Counted from the stretch's first letter, positions 21,701 through 34,255 are shown. The stretch is DNA of 64,000 nt from Eledone cirrhosa (GCA_964016885.1 OZ024740.1:13330001-13394000), one strand, 5' to 3'. Program-made: numbers and translations. The notes: generated by a model from the sequence alone, not told the origin.

Positions 21701-24268
21701 TGTGTGTTGGTGTGTGTGTGTTGGTGTGTGCGTTGGTGTGTGTTGGTGTGTGTTGGTGTGCGTGTTGGTGTGTGTGTTGGTTTGTGTATGTGTTGGCGTG
21801 TGTCTTGGTGTGTGTGTTGGTGCGTGTGTTGGTGTGTGTGTTGCTGTGTATGTTGGTGTGTGTGTGTGTTGGTGTGTGTGTTGGTGTGCGTGTTGGTGTG
21901 TGTATTGGTGTGTGTGTTGGTGTGTATGTGTTGGTGTGTGTGTTGGTGTATGTGTTGGTGTGTGTGTTGGTGTGTGTGTTTGTATATGTGTTGGTGTGTC
22001 TGTGTTGGTGTGTGTGTTGGTGTGTGTGTTGGTGTGTATGTGTTGGTGTGTGTGTTGGTGTGTGTATTGGTGTGTGTGTTGGTCTGTGTGTCTTGGTGTG
22101 TCTGTGTTGGTGTCTGTGTTGGTGTGTGTGTTGGTGTGTGTGTTGGTGTGTCTGTGTTGGTGTGTGTGTTGGTGTGTCTGTGTTGGTGTGTGTATGTGTT
22201 GGTGTGTGTTTTGGTGTGTGTGTTGGTGTGTGTGTTGGTGTGTGTATGTGCTGGTGTGTGTCTTGGTGTGTGTGTTAGTGTGTGTGCTGGTGTGCGTGTT
22301 GGTGTGTGTGTTGGTGTGTGTGTTGGTGTGTGTGTTGGTGTCTGTGTTGGGGCGTGTGTTGGTGTGTGTGTTGGTGTGTGTGTTGGTGTGTGTGTTGGTG
22401 TGTGTATGTGTTGGTGTGTGTGTTGGTGTGTGTGTTGGTGTGTGTGTTGGTGTGTGTGTGTTGGTGTGTGTGTTGGTGTGTGTGTTGGTGTGTGTGCTTG
22501 TGTGTGTGTTGGTGTGATTGTTGGTGTGTGTGTGTGTTGGTATGTGTGTTGGTTTGTGTGTTGGTGTGTGTGTGTTGGTGTGTGTGTTGGTGTGTGTGTG
22601 TGTTGGTGAGTGTGTTGGTATGTGTTGGTGTGTGTGTTGGTGTGTCTGTGTTGGTGTGTGTATGTGTTGGTGTGTGTCTTGGTGTGTGTTGGCGTATGTG
22701 TTGGTGTGTGTGTTGGTGTGTGTTTTTGGTGTGTGTGTTGGTGTGTGTGTTGGTGTGTGTGGTGGTGTGTGTGTGTGTTGGTGTGTGTGTTGGTGTGTGT
22801 TGTTGTGTGTGCTGGTGTGTGTGTTGGTGTGTCAGCTGTTGGTGCGCGTGTTGGTGTGTATGTTGGTGTGTGTGTGTGTTGGTGTGTGTGTTGGCGTGTG
22901 TGTTGGTGTGTCTGTGTTGGTGTGTGTGTTGGTGTGTGTGTTGGTGTGCGTGTTGGTTGGTGTGTTGGTGTGTGTGTTGGTGTGTGTGTTGGTGTGTGTG
23001 TTGTTGTGTATGTTGGTGTGTGTGTGTTGGTGTGTGTGTTGGTGTGTGTGTTGGTGTGTGTGCTGGTGTGTGTGTTGGTGTGTCTGTGTTGGTGCGTGTG
23101 TTGGTGTGTGTGTGTGTGTTGTTGTGTGTGTTGGTGTGTGTGTTGGTGTGTGTGTTGGTGTGTGTGTTGGTGTGTGTGTTGGTGTGTGTGTTGGTGTGTA
23201 TGTGTTGGTGTGTGTGTTGGTGTGTGTGTTGGTGTGTGTTTGTTGGTGTGTGTGTTGGTGTGTGTGTTTGTGTGTGTGTTGGTGTGTGTGTTGGTGTGTG
23301 TGCTGGTGTGTGTGTTGGTGTGTGTGTTGGTGTGTGTGTTGTTGTGTATGTTGGTGTGTGTGTGTTGGTGTGTGTGTTGGTGTGTGTGCTGGTGTGTGTG
23401 TTGGTGTGTCTGTGTTGGTGCGTGTGTTGGTGTGTGTGTGTGTGTTGTTGTGTGTGTTGGTGTGTGTGTTGGTGTGTGTGTTGGTGTGTGTGTTGGTGTG
23501 TGTGTTGGTGTGTATGTGTTGGTGTGTGTGTTGGTGTGTGTGTTGGTGTGCGTTTGTTGGTGTGTGTGTTGGTGTGTGTGTTTGTGTGTGTGTTTGTGTG
23601 TGCTGGTGTGTGTGTTGGTGTGAGTGTTGGTGTGTGTGTGTGTGTTGGTATGTGTGTTGGTGTGTGTGTTGGTGTGTGTGTTGGTGTGTCTGTGTTGGTG
23701 TGTGTATGTGTTGGTGTGTGTCTTGGTGTGTGCGTTGGTGTGTGTGTGTGTTGGTGTGTGTCTTGGTGTGTGTGTTAGTGTGTGTGCTGGTGTGCGTGTT
23801 GGTGTGTCTGTGTTGGTGCGTGTGTTGGTGTGTGTTGGCGTGTGTGTGTGTTGGTGTTTGTGTTGGTGTGTGTGTTGGTGTGTGTGTTGGTGTGTCTGTG
23901 TTGGTGTGTGTGTTGGTGTGTGTGTTGGTGTGTGTGTGTGTTGGTATGTGTGTTGATGTGTGTGTGTTGGTGTGTGTGTTTGTGTGTGTGTTGGTGTGTG
24001 TGTTAGTGTGTGTTTTGGTGTCTGTGTTGGTGCGTGTGTTGGTGTGTGTTGGTGTGCACATTGGTGTGTGTGTTGGTGTGTGCATTGGTGTGTGTGTTGG
24101 TGTGTGTGTTGGTGTGTGTGTTGGTGTGTGTGTTGGTGTGTGTGTGTTGGTGCCTGTGTTGGTGTGTGTGGGTGTGTGTTAATGTGTGTGTGTGTTGGTG
24201 TGTGTGTTGGTGTGTATGTTGGTGTGTATGTGTGTTGGTGCGTGTGTTGGTGTGTGTGTTGGTGTGTG
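18744..24268. repeat. 5.5-kb GT-rich satellite, main unit GTTGGTGTGTGT (12 bp, varying by GT steps)
   Basis: Directly visible. The V/C/W/L ORFs over it follow from the repeat unit. Confidence 0.97.
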
Positions 24269-24317
24269 GCTGTATGGGTTTGCCTGCAGCAGCAGCAGCT
24301 CCCACACCATCACACAT

Positions 24318-24432
24318 TCATCACCACCACCACCACCACCACGACCATCACCACCACCACCACCACCACTATCACGACCACCACGACGACCACCACCACC
24401 ACCACCACAACCACCACTATAACCCGCACCAC
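24318..24432. repeat. (CAC)n trinucleotide repeat
   Basis: Directly visible. Confidence 0.9.
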
Positions 24433-24789
24433 TATACAACAGTCATCCAACTCTAACACAAGTTAGTGAACATTAACAAAAAACAAACAAAAAATTAAGA
24501 TGGCGACCCTCTTCTTCTTCTTCTTCTTCTTCTTCTTCTTCTTCTTCTTTTCCCCATTCCAACTCCACTTACCCCTCCACCTCCTCCTCATTATCATCAT
24601 CACCACCATCTCCCTACTCCCACCCCACCTCTTTTTAACTTCACCGACTCATACTCTTCTACCACTTCCACTCCACCTCTACTATTCCTCGCTCTACACC
24701 TCCCATAACGCCCCCAGACCCCCCTCCCATTTAATGTCACTGGCTTTGTAGAGGTGTGGGATGGGGGAAATTATCAATGGTAGCCACGT

Positions 24790-25003
24790 TGGTGGTGACG
24801 GTGATGATGATGCTGATGGTGGTGGCGGTGATGATGATGGTGGCGGTGATGGTGATGATGGTGATGATGATGATGATGATGATGGTGGTGATGATGGTGA
24901 TGATGGTGGTGGCGGTGATGATGGTGATGATTGTGGTGGTGGTTGTGATGGTGATGGTGATGGTGGTGGTTGTGATTGTGATGGTGGTGATGATGGTGGT
25001 GAT
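24790..25003. repeat. (GGT/GAT)n trinucleotide repeat
   Basis: Directly visible. Confidence 0.95.
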
Positions 25004-25096
25004 AACTGAAGTTTGTGTCACGATGACATTCTGGCTGCTGTTATTGTTTAGCCCAAGGTCAATCCTGATGAAGTATATCTATGATCAGAGTATATG

Positions 25097-28000
25097 TTAC
25101 GCCCTGGAGAGGTCATTTCGGTGCTGCTGTTTCAGGGAGGCAGTGGCTACGAATTATATGCCCAGAACATATTGGTGTGAGCTACGGGTTGTCTCGGGCG
25201 GTGGGAAGGATCATGGCGTCCCACTGGTCAGCTACCGCCTGCCTTAAGTTGGACAGCCCGCAGCCATAAGGCACTGACCTGTCACAGTCTGCCTGGTCAG
25301 CTACCACCTGCCTTAAGCTGGGCAGCCCGCAGCCATAAGGCACTGACCTGTCACAGTCTGCCTGGTCAGCTACCACCTGCCTTAAGCTGGGCAGCCCGCA
25401 GCCAGTCAGGTGCTGACCTGTCATATTCTGCCTGCTTCAATTGGGTGCTTGGAGCTCAGGGAAAACACCGAAGAGCAGAATGTAAACCCTGCACGAGGCA
25501 CAGGAAGAAGAAAGAAAAGAAAGTTGCTAGTGCTGAGACTGGCAACCCGGAATGTCAGGACCATGTGCCCCGGCCTCTCTGACGATCTTCAACAGGTCGA
25601 CAACACTAGAAAGACAGCAGTCATCAGTCGTGAACTCAAGAGGCTCAATACTGATGTTGTTCCACTAAAGAAACCAGACTTCCACCAAGCAGCAGCCTAA
25701 AATAAAGGACTATACATTGTTGTCGGAGGGGAAGGCCCTTGGGGAGCACCGAGTGTACGGCGTGGGTTTTGCAGTGAGAAACTCTCTGCTGTCTTCAGTC
25801 AAACCGTCTTCAGAAGGCACAGCTCACATTCTTTCTCTTCACCTCAGGCTCTGCGAACATCATGAACATCTACGCCCCCACACCTTGCTCCTCAGCAGAG
25901 GCGAAGGACGAGTTCTATGAGCAGCTTGCGAGATTTTAATGCTCGGATTGGTGCGGACCAGATCTCCTGGCCCCGATGCATCAGTCACTCTGGCGTCGGC
26001 AGGCTCAACGAGAATGGGAAATGACTTCTTTGCCCATGGGCTATGCTCCTTTCATGACCTCTGCATCACGAACACATTCTTCCCCACAAAACCCAACCAC
26101 AGAGTGCCTTGGTACCATTCCAGATCTCATCACTGGCACCAGTTGGATCTCGCCATCCTCGAAGTCTCTCGCTAAACTGTGTCCTCACTACTGCGACACT
26201 GATCACTCTATGGTCGCCAGCAAAGTGCACCTTCAACCCAAATGTAGCCATCGATCAAAGCAGAAGGGACATCCTCGAACCAACACAGCCATGACATCAG
26301 TCCCTGAACTACGCGAACGCTTTGCAGACACCATCCAAGAGGGCCTTAGCAACTTCCCAACCATCAGTGCGGAACAGAGATGGAACCACATCCGTGACGC
26401 CATTTACAAGTCTGTTGTCGACAATTTTGGAAGGAGAGAGCAGAAAACCCCCGACTGGTTTGAGGCTGGAATTTTGGTCCTCGAGCTAGCCATCTCATCC
26501 AAGGGATCTGTCTTACTCAACCACAAATAAGACCCCTGTGAAAAGACACTTGCCGCTCTTAGGAGGGCAAGATGTGATGCCAAATGGATTGCTAGACAGT
26601 GCGCCAACAACTACTGGCGGAACCTATGTCAGCCAACTGTCCGCCGACTGTCCGCCGACTGCGGCAACATTCGAGCCATGTACGAGGGCATGAAAAAGGT
26701 ATTTGGTCCATGCGCCATCAAGATCGCCCCGCTGAGGTCTACCATAGGCGAAATCATCACCGATTGTGCAAAGCTAATGGAGAGATGAGTAGAACACTAC
26801 CAAGAGCTATGTTCGAGGGAGACTATTGTTGCAGACACGGCGGTGGAAAACACGAGCCCCCCTCCCCCTGTCAGTCATGGGAGAGCTTGACGACCCGCCC
26901 ATCACCGAGGAGCTCAGCAAGGCCATAGATTCTCTTGCCAACGGGAAAGCCCCAGGAAATGATGGCATCTCCCTGTGATCATCAAAGCAAGCAAACAGAC
27001 CAGCCTCCTCGATCACCTCCATCAACTTTTGCTACAGTGCTCGGAGGAAGGAACTGCGCCTCAGGGCATGAGAGATGCCAACATCTACAAGAACAAAGGC
27101 GATCGCAGTGATTGTAACAACTATCATGGAATATCCCTCCTTAGCATTGTCGGGAAGATCTTCGCCCATGTCGTACTCAGCAGACTGCAGTCGTTTATAG
27201 AACGCGTCTACCCAGAGGCGCAGTGCGGGTTTAGAGCTGAGAGATCAACGATCGACATGATATTCTCTCTGGGGCAGCTGAAAGAGAAGTGCCACGAGCA
27301 GAGACGCCTCCTGTACATCATCTTCATAAACTTGACCAAGACGTTCGACTTGGTCAGCAGGGCAGGCCTGTTTACACTCCTGCAAAGTATTGGATGCCCC
27401 CCCCCCAGCTCCTGAGGATGATCACATCCTTTCATGAGGACATGAAAGGCACGATGGCTTCTTCTCAGACCCCCTTCCCTATCAAAAGCGGAGTCAAACA
27501 GGGATGTATCCTTACCCTTACACCTTTTAGCACCCTGTTCTCCCTGCTGCTGTACTATACCTTTGGTCAATCCGAAGAGGCCGTCTATCTTCACACCAGA
27601 AGCGACGGCAACCTGTCCAACTTCGCACGCATCCGTGCAAAGACGAAGGTACAAAAAGTCCTTATTCGTGAGATGCTGTTTGCTGACGATGTCGCCCTGA
27701 CGACACACACCGAGGCTGCCCTCAAAGAGCTCATCAGCCGTTTTGCTCTTGCAAAGAGTTCGGCCTCACGATCAGCACCAAAAAGACCAACATCCTGGGC
27801 CAAGATGTCAACTCGGCTCCCCGCATCTCCATCATCAACGGTACCCTCGACATGGTGGAAGAAATCACATACCCTGGCTCCACCATCTCCAGCAACCTCA
27901 GCATGGACATCGAGCTGAACTCAAGGATCGGCAAAGCATCAGCAGCAATGGTTCGCCTGTCAAAGAGAGTGTGTGAAAACTCCATGCTAACCATCAAGAC

Positions 28001-28617
28001 AAAGATCAAAGTGTACCAAGCCTGTGTGCTGAGTACACTGCTGTATGGAAGCGAGGTCTGGTCTGCATACTCCTGCCAAGAACGCAGGCTCAGCACCTTT
28101 CACCTACGCTGCCACAGGAGGATCCTCGGCATTTCATGGCAGGACCACGTCCCTAACAAGGATGTCTTAGCACGGGCAGGAACCCCAGCATGTTTGATCT
28201 GCTCTTAAAGAGACGCTTGCGTTGGCTTGGCCATGTTAGCCGCATGCAGGATGGCACAATACCCAAACACATTTTTGTATGGTGAGCTTACCACTGGCTC
28301 TAGACTCACAAGAAGGACCATACTCCGCTATAAAGACGTGTGCAAGCGGGACCTCAAGGCGAGAGGTATTGCCATCAAGTTGGCCATTAAGGCCTCAGAG
28401 CAGATGAGAGAGGAGCAGAGGGTAGAAAGAAGAACACACAGACGTCAGAGAGCGGAGTTAGCGCCCTTGGGTGACATCGTCTTCACATGCAGCGACAGGA
28501 CCTGCCGTTCGAGGATCGGGCTCTACAGCCACAGCCGGCATTGCAGTTCCACCACAGAGTTCCGTGGCGCAATCACCATTGTCTCCTGACACAGACGGAT
28601 GCCAGAAAGAAGAAAGA
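25097..28617 (+). mobile_element. Near full-length decayed RTE (BovB-like) LINE
   Basis: APE LATRNVRTM...GVGFAV, ITNTFF, DTDHSMV; RT NYHGISLLS, PEAQCGFR, GVKQGC, MLFADD (FADD 27679-27690), LLYGSEVW; terminal C...CRSRIGLYSHSRHC; short (AAG)-type tail; many stops and frameshifts. Confidence 0.92.
25224..25423 (+). repeat. 69-bp tandem repeat (~3 copies) in the RTE 5' UTR
   Basis: Units start CTGGTCAGCTACC at 25224, 25293 and 25362. Confidence 0.9.
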
Positions 28618-28648
28618 TGTATATATATTTATATTATATATATATAAA

Positions 28649-28721
<73 letters not shown>

Positions 28722-29108
28722 TAGACAGATAGATAGATCTGTTGCCTCAGATGTACGTATTTTTCGGTTTTTCTCCGCTTTTTATTCTTTTACCAAATTT
28801 CATTTTCGATGGAATCTGGAAAATAATGAAAACAAAATCTGAAGATTTAACACATTTGTGATTATTTATGGGTCAAGAGATTTGACCCCCAAATTGTAGG
28901 TCAGTTCCAGGAATGTAGGCCTCTTTTCTAGGCATTCGTCCAAGTCTTTTAGTTTTTTGGTAGATGGGATTCACTAAGGAATTAGTAGACAGAATATAAT
29001 CTATAGTCTGGCACAACTAGTAAGTGGATTACAGTAATTGTCTCTCTCTTTCAATGGATTTAACCAGACTCAGCCACACACACATCTCCAACAGATACAC
29101 ACGTAAAT

Positions 29109-29152
<44 letters not shown>

Positions 29153-29499
29153 GCATACTTACATATATATACACTACATACATATATATACATATATGTT
29201 ACATATATGTGTATATATGTATATATGTATATATTATATACATATAAACATGTACATGTACATATATATAAACGTGTATATATGTATTTATATATATACG
29301 TGTATATATATTTATCTAAATTCGTATGATTTATAAACGTGTATATATACATATATACATATATATATTTATTTAAATTCGTATGATTCCAGTTCGTCAG
29401 TGAAATAACAACCCAACCAGGAACTGGGCATATCAGAGTATTGACAAAGATAAACACCTCAACAACATATGTACTCGTCTCTACCACACTAATTCGGAC

Positions 29500-29549
29500 T
29501 GCCTGAAGAGGTCACAGACAAAATGGCTGTCACCGAAATATATATAGCA
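29500..29549 (+). ncRNA. Minimal type I hammerhead ribozyme (family D)
   Basis: Stem I TGC/GCA; CTGAAGA 29503-29509; stem II GGTCACAG/CTGTCACC with one mismatch; GAAA; palindromic TATATA stem III; cleavage triplet ATA. Confidence 0.75.
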
Positions 29550-29694
29550 ATAATAAACGAGGCCAAATTTTAAATATTTGACTTATTTATTTTAGTTTAC
29601 TTTACATTACTCCGGAGTAACCAAACAAACCTGCGCACTTCGTCGAGTGCTCCAATCTGCATACTGAGGTGTAGGTATAATACCAACATATACT

Positions 29695-29897
<203 letters not shown>

Positions 29898-30336
29898 AGG
29901 AATGTAAAGACTAAAATCCAAAGAGAGCTCTATAAGGATAAATATATATCAAATATATAAGAACCTCGAGCAAATATATATACATATATATAAACATGTA
30001 TATATGTGTGTATATATATATGGTGGCTGCCAACTCGTTTTCGAGTACGGCCACTACTTTATATCCATGTAGGAGAACCCCTACCGATGCGCTGAACGAG
30101 TGTGACTTTTTAGTCCAGCCTGCGACATGAAAACTCTGGTACAAACACTACACTTGTAACAATTATTGACACATAGTGCTGGGCCCATGGTACCATGTGA
30201 TGACAAGTGCAGAGAGATCTCCAGATATAAAGCAATGCCTGTGACGTGAAGCTTTTATAGTGAGCAAAGGCACTGCACAAAGCCAGTCCCACTCTCTTAA
30301 CCAAGATGATATTTACCAAAAAGAAGAACAAGTCAA

Positions 30337-30371
<35 letters not shown>

Positions 30372-30507
30372 CATATATATATAATTATGTATATATATAT
30401 ATATTGGTAAACGGAATAGAAAATGCTGAAAAATTGTTCACAGTGAAAAATAGTTTAATTAGGAATAAATGAGAATTAGTAATTGTATTGGTTAGTAATC
30501 AGTTTTG

Positions 30508-30552
<45 letters not shown>

Positions 30553-30658
30553 GGTATATATTTTATCTGGTGATTCTATAGACATGTTTTATGATATATA
30601 GCTCTGATTATTTAATTTATTAACTCTTCATTGAGCCACAAAGTGACCCGTTGCAAAA

Positions 30659-30750
<92 letters not shown>

Positions 30751-30791
30751 CGATATTAAATAAATGGAAACTATATTTATAAAACCATATT

Positions 30792-30856
30792 TATTTCACT
30801 ATACATATTTCAGGGATACCAAATTAAAATATGGTATGCCTTCATCAGATAAAATA
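30792..30856 (-). ncRNA. Minimal type I hammerhead ribozyme (family B, copy 2)
   Basis: Reverse complement reads TATTTTAT-CTGATGA-AGGCATACCA...TGGTATCCCT-GAAA-TATGTA-TA-GTGAAATA, followed by the same tail AATATGGTTTTATAAATATAGTTTCCATTTATT as the copy at 13322. Confidence 0.8.
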
Positions 30857-32099
30857 CAATATCTAAACAGTTTTATAAATAATTTTGACGTACCCTATTA
30901 GATGCAACCATTATTTTTGGAAGCTGTCTGGATAGTGAGATGTTTATAATTATTTTATTAGTTATAGTGTTAAGCACAGTTAGAAAAAACGGAGAGAAAG
31001 AAAAAACGGAGAGAGAGAAGGAGAGAGAAAAAGAAGGAGAGAGAGAAAAGGAATGTATGCAGAAAAGAAAGATATAAATAGATAGGAGGAAATGAAAAAG
31101 AAAGAAAAAAGGAAGAAATAAGAAAAACAAAAGAAAGCAACAGAGAGATAATAATTCATCATACAGATAGAGAAACTCAAGAGAGAGGAAGTACTATATA
31201 TAGAGAGGAGGATATAGTGACTACTTTACGTCATGTCATATTAAGTTGAGTTAACAATTCATATGAAATTAATAATAAAATGGAAATATCAATATTCATG
31301 AATGGGACATAGATATATAATATGAGAAAATAACATTGTTCACTAATGACCATATGTTTAGTTTAAAACCTTGAGGTCAATATACCAAAATCTGAGTTAA
31401 AACCTTCAAAAAATACCCTATTTATAAAAATACGGATACACATATGTATATATATATACACGCATATGTACGTCCTGAAAAAAGAGAAATTATGTCTACT
31501 CCAGTCAATAATATAGACACACAAATGATTTCACTTGATCACTTCTATACATTTCTTGTGTTATAAAAATTTCACAGTATATATACATAAAAATACGATT
31601 AATATTCATGTCCTCATATATATGATTACCGTTCATGTATTTAATATTATGCATATCTGCAACACATCAACATATACACACACAATCATACATACACATA
31701 CATATGTATAAATAAATATCCGCGTGAGTTTTCCAGCATCGTTATGCATATATACAGACATATATACGAACACATAAATAAACCCTATAAACCTTTTATA
31801 TGCATGTTAATACACATATATGGCCTTTGTATAGAGATAATCAAATATCAATATATTAATATAGAAATATCAAAGCATTAAATATCTCTAAAACACTATA
31901 GAGTATCTCAAGTTAAAATAATATGTTTTATATATTTATTATAGAAATCTATCCTACCTATATCTCAAACAAGATATTGCAAGGGTAGACACATGAAAGT
32001 TATTAGAAGCTATCAGAGTCAAAAACAAATAAAAAACAAAAATAATTTATTACTATTATAATTTATTAATATTATAATATTACTATTATAATTATTACG

Positions 32100-32218
32100 A
32101 TCTGAGTTCAAATCCCGCCGAGGTTGACTTTGCCTTTCATCCTTACGGGGTCGATAAAATAAAGTACCAGTAATGCACTGGGTAATTGCTGGCCTTGTGC
32201 CTAAAGTAGAAACAATTA
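32100..32218 (+). mobile_element. tRNA-derived SINE fragment (B box + Nin/Deu-like motif)
   Basis: GAGTTCAAATCCCG B box, then GACTTTGCCTTTCATCCTTACGGGGTCGATAAAATAAAGTACCAG; (TAA/TAT)n flanks. Confidence 0.7.
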
Positions 32219-32570
32219 TAATATTACTATTATAATTTATTAATATTATTACATTTATTTAATATCGTATATCTACTCCAAAAACTTGTCGAGTGCTTTA
32301 TATCAGTTATAAAATATTTACTTGTTGTATCCCAACAATTTTAAATAGAACTTTTGCATATATATATATATATATATATGTAATAATCTCCCGTTAGGTT
32401 GAGATACAATTTTGGCTGTATTGTGCTGCGCTTTCTAGCAAAAGGCCACCAACCGTAAGCCACTAATCACATTCTTTCTAACTTGACCGCTGCTACGTCA
32501 CGATTCGTAGCCATTTTTGAATGTATTCTTGGCGCGATCACTTTGGAAATTTAATTGTCTAAATTTGAGC

Positions 32571-32655
32571 TAACTCCTGAAGAGTCCGGTGCTCCAGATG
32601 TCCAGATGTCCAATGTTATCGGATATCTTAAAATGCGGACGAAACCATGGTAACT
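32571..32655 (+). ncRNA. Degenerate hammerhead ribozyme with a long stem II insert (family E)
   Basis: CTGAAGA 32577-32583; GTCCG/CGGAC closing a 47-nt insert; GAAA 32641-32644; palindromic ACCATGGT stem III; GTA triplet. Stem I pairing is not evident. Confidence 0.6.
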
Positions 32656-32927
32656 AAATATGTTCACTTTTCTCCTAGTTTATTTTACACCTAATTCTGT
32701 TTAGTTGACTGTATATCTGGGCGATTTATACATGCTGTCGAAATACTCGATAAATACCCCGTCGCAACCACCGCGAAGGGCTGCTTTCGGTTATTCGTCG
32801 GAGATTTCTTCATAGAAGCCTTTATTCTTATAGCTTTGTCTAATCGATTTTCTATATGGTTAATTATGCTAATTGGGAGAGGAAACGGTATATATTTTAT
32901 CTGGTGATTCTATAGACATGTTTTATG

Positions 32928-32966
<39 letters not shown>

Positions 32967-33001
32967 CATATACTATGAAAAATAAAACCACATACACACA
33001 A

Positions 33002-33032
<31 letters not shown>

Positions 33033-33117
33033 CACATACATTTTGAAAAATAAAACTACACACACACCACACATACGCATATATATATACATATATTTTT
33101 GTATTAATGCATATATA

Positions 33118-33215
<98 letters not shown>

Positions 33216-33433
33216 GGTGCAGTTTTCCTTTTAAACATGTATTGTTGAAAACAACTGTTTTCTTAGTTTTTCCACAATTTTTTTCGAAAATCTAATCATA
33301 TTTTCGAAAGAGTTCTTCCATCTGCGAATTTTTCTATTCCAAACAAACAGCAAGGAACTCATCGAAAAATATCACAAAGCTTTGATAAAAACATAAAATA
33401 TTTTATATTTATGTAAAAGCATCTCTCTCTCTC

Positions 33434-33504
<71 letters not shown>

Positions 33505-33542
33505 ATATTAATATATATATATATAGTAATATTAATAAATTT

Positions 33543-33704
33543 GAAGACTAAAATCCAAAGAGGGGTCGATAAGGATAAATATATATCAAATAATTAAGAA
33601 CCGTAGAGCAAATATTTATTAAAATAACAGATTAAAGTTTAAGCAAAGAATCGCTGCTTTCACCTAAGGATTCTTTGCTTAAACTTTAATCTGTTATTTT
33701 AATA
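33543..33704. repeat. Short interspersed element capped by a perfect 36-bp inverted repeat
   Basis: Arms 33617-33652 and 33669-33704; body homologous to ~29907-29977; (TA)n on both sides. Confidence 0.75.
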
Positions 33705-33735
33705 TATATATATATATATATTAATATATATATAT

Positions 33736-34139
33736 AATAGCTTTCCCCGCATTTTTGACTAAAGAAATTTTAGTCTGATAATGGGGTTTAGAACCCTCAG
33801 ATAAATGGAAAAAAGATGCGTATTGACGCACATGGGAGTCGAACCCACATCTTTGGTTATTCAGACCACTGTGCTACCATTACACCAACACATCACCCAT
33901 CTACTCCCATTCAAATTAGAAGTTACATTCTTAGCGAGTATAAATGACAAGTAAGTATGTTTTGAAACAGTGAGCAGGTTTGAATAGCTTTCACCGTATT
34001 TTTGACTAAAGAAATTTTAGTCTGATAATGGGCTTTAGAACCCTCAGATAAATGGAAAAAGATGAGGATTGACGTACATGGGAGTCGAACCCACATCTTT
34101 TGTTATCCAAAGATGTGGGTTCGACTCCCATGTACGTCA
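33736..34139 (-). mobile_element. Tandem (247-bp period, ~1.5 units) tRNA-like element with terminal fold-back
   Basis: Units start at 33736 and 33983; inverted arms 34070-34100 and 34109-34139; (TA)n at the other end. Confidence 0.65.
33824..33894 (-). pseudogene. tRNA-like sequence (degenerate; closest to tRNA-Gln by eye)
   Basis: A box TGGTGTAATGG, D arm GTG/CAC, T arm GTGGG-TTCGACT-CCCAT, G:U-rich acceptor stem GATGTGT/GTGCGTC, downstream T-run. The anticodon arm is ambiguous. Confidence 0.6.
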
Positions 34140-34150
34140 GAGACACACAC

Positions 34151-34255
34151 ATGACTATTTCTTATGATAGGAAGCGCCGTGCTCATGATCATTTCTTATA
34201 ATAGGAAGGGCCGTGCTTATGACCATTTCTTATAATACGAAGGGCCGTGCTCATG
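34151..34255. repeat. 34-bp tandem repeat, 3 copies
   Basis: ATGAYYATTTCTTATRATASGAAGSGCCGTGCTY at 34151, 34185 and 34219. Confidence 0.9.

Noticed and set aside
17200-24466. Cys/Val/Trp-rich and His/Thr-rich ORFs
   Set aside because: These are translations of GT satellites. Only the unique flanks are kept as a speculative finding.
25062-25100. CTGATGA motif just before the RTE element
   Set aside because: No GAAA core or cleavage triplet in register.
28737-29021. Second Helitron ending in CACAACTAG(T)
   Set aside because: A CTAG end is present, but there is no convincing subterminal hairpin or defined 5' end.
33824-33894. Functional tRNA gene
   Set aside because: The acceptor stem is mostly G:U, the anticodon arm is irregular, and it sits inside a repeated unit.
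34151-34255. 34-bp repeats (and the 69-bp repeats at 25224) as a CRISPR-like array
   Set aside because: They are head-to-tail tandem copies without unique spacers, in a eukaryotic context with no cas genes.
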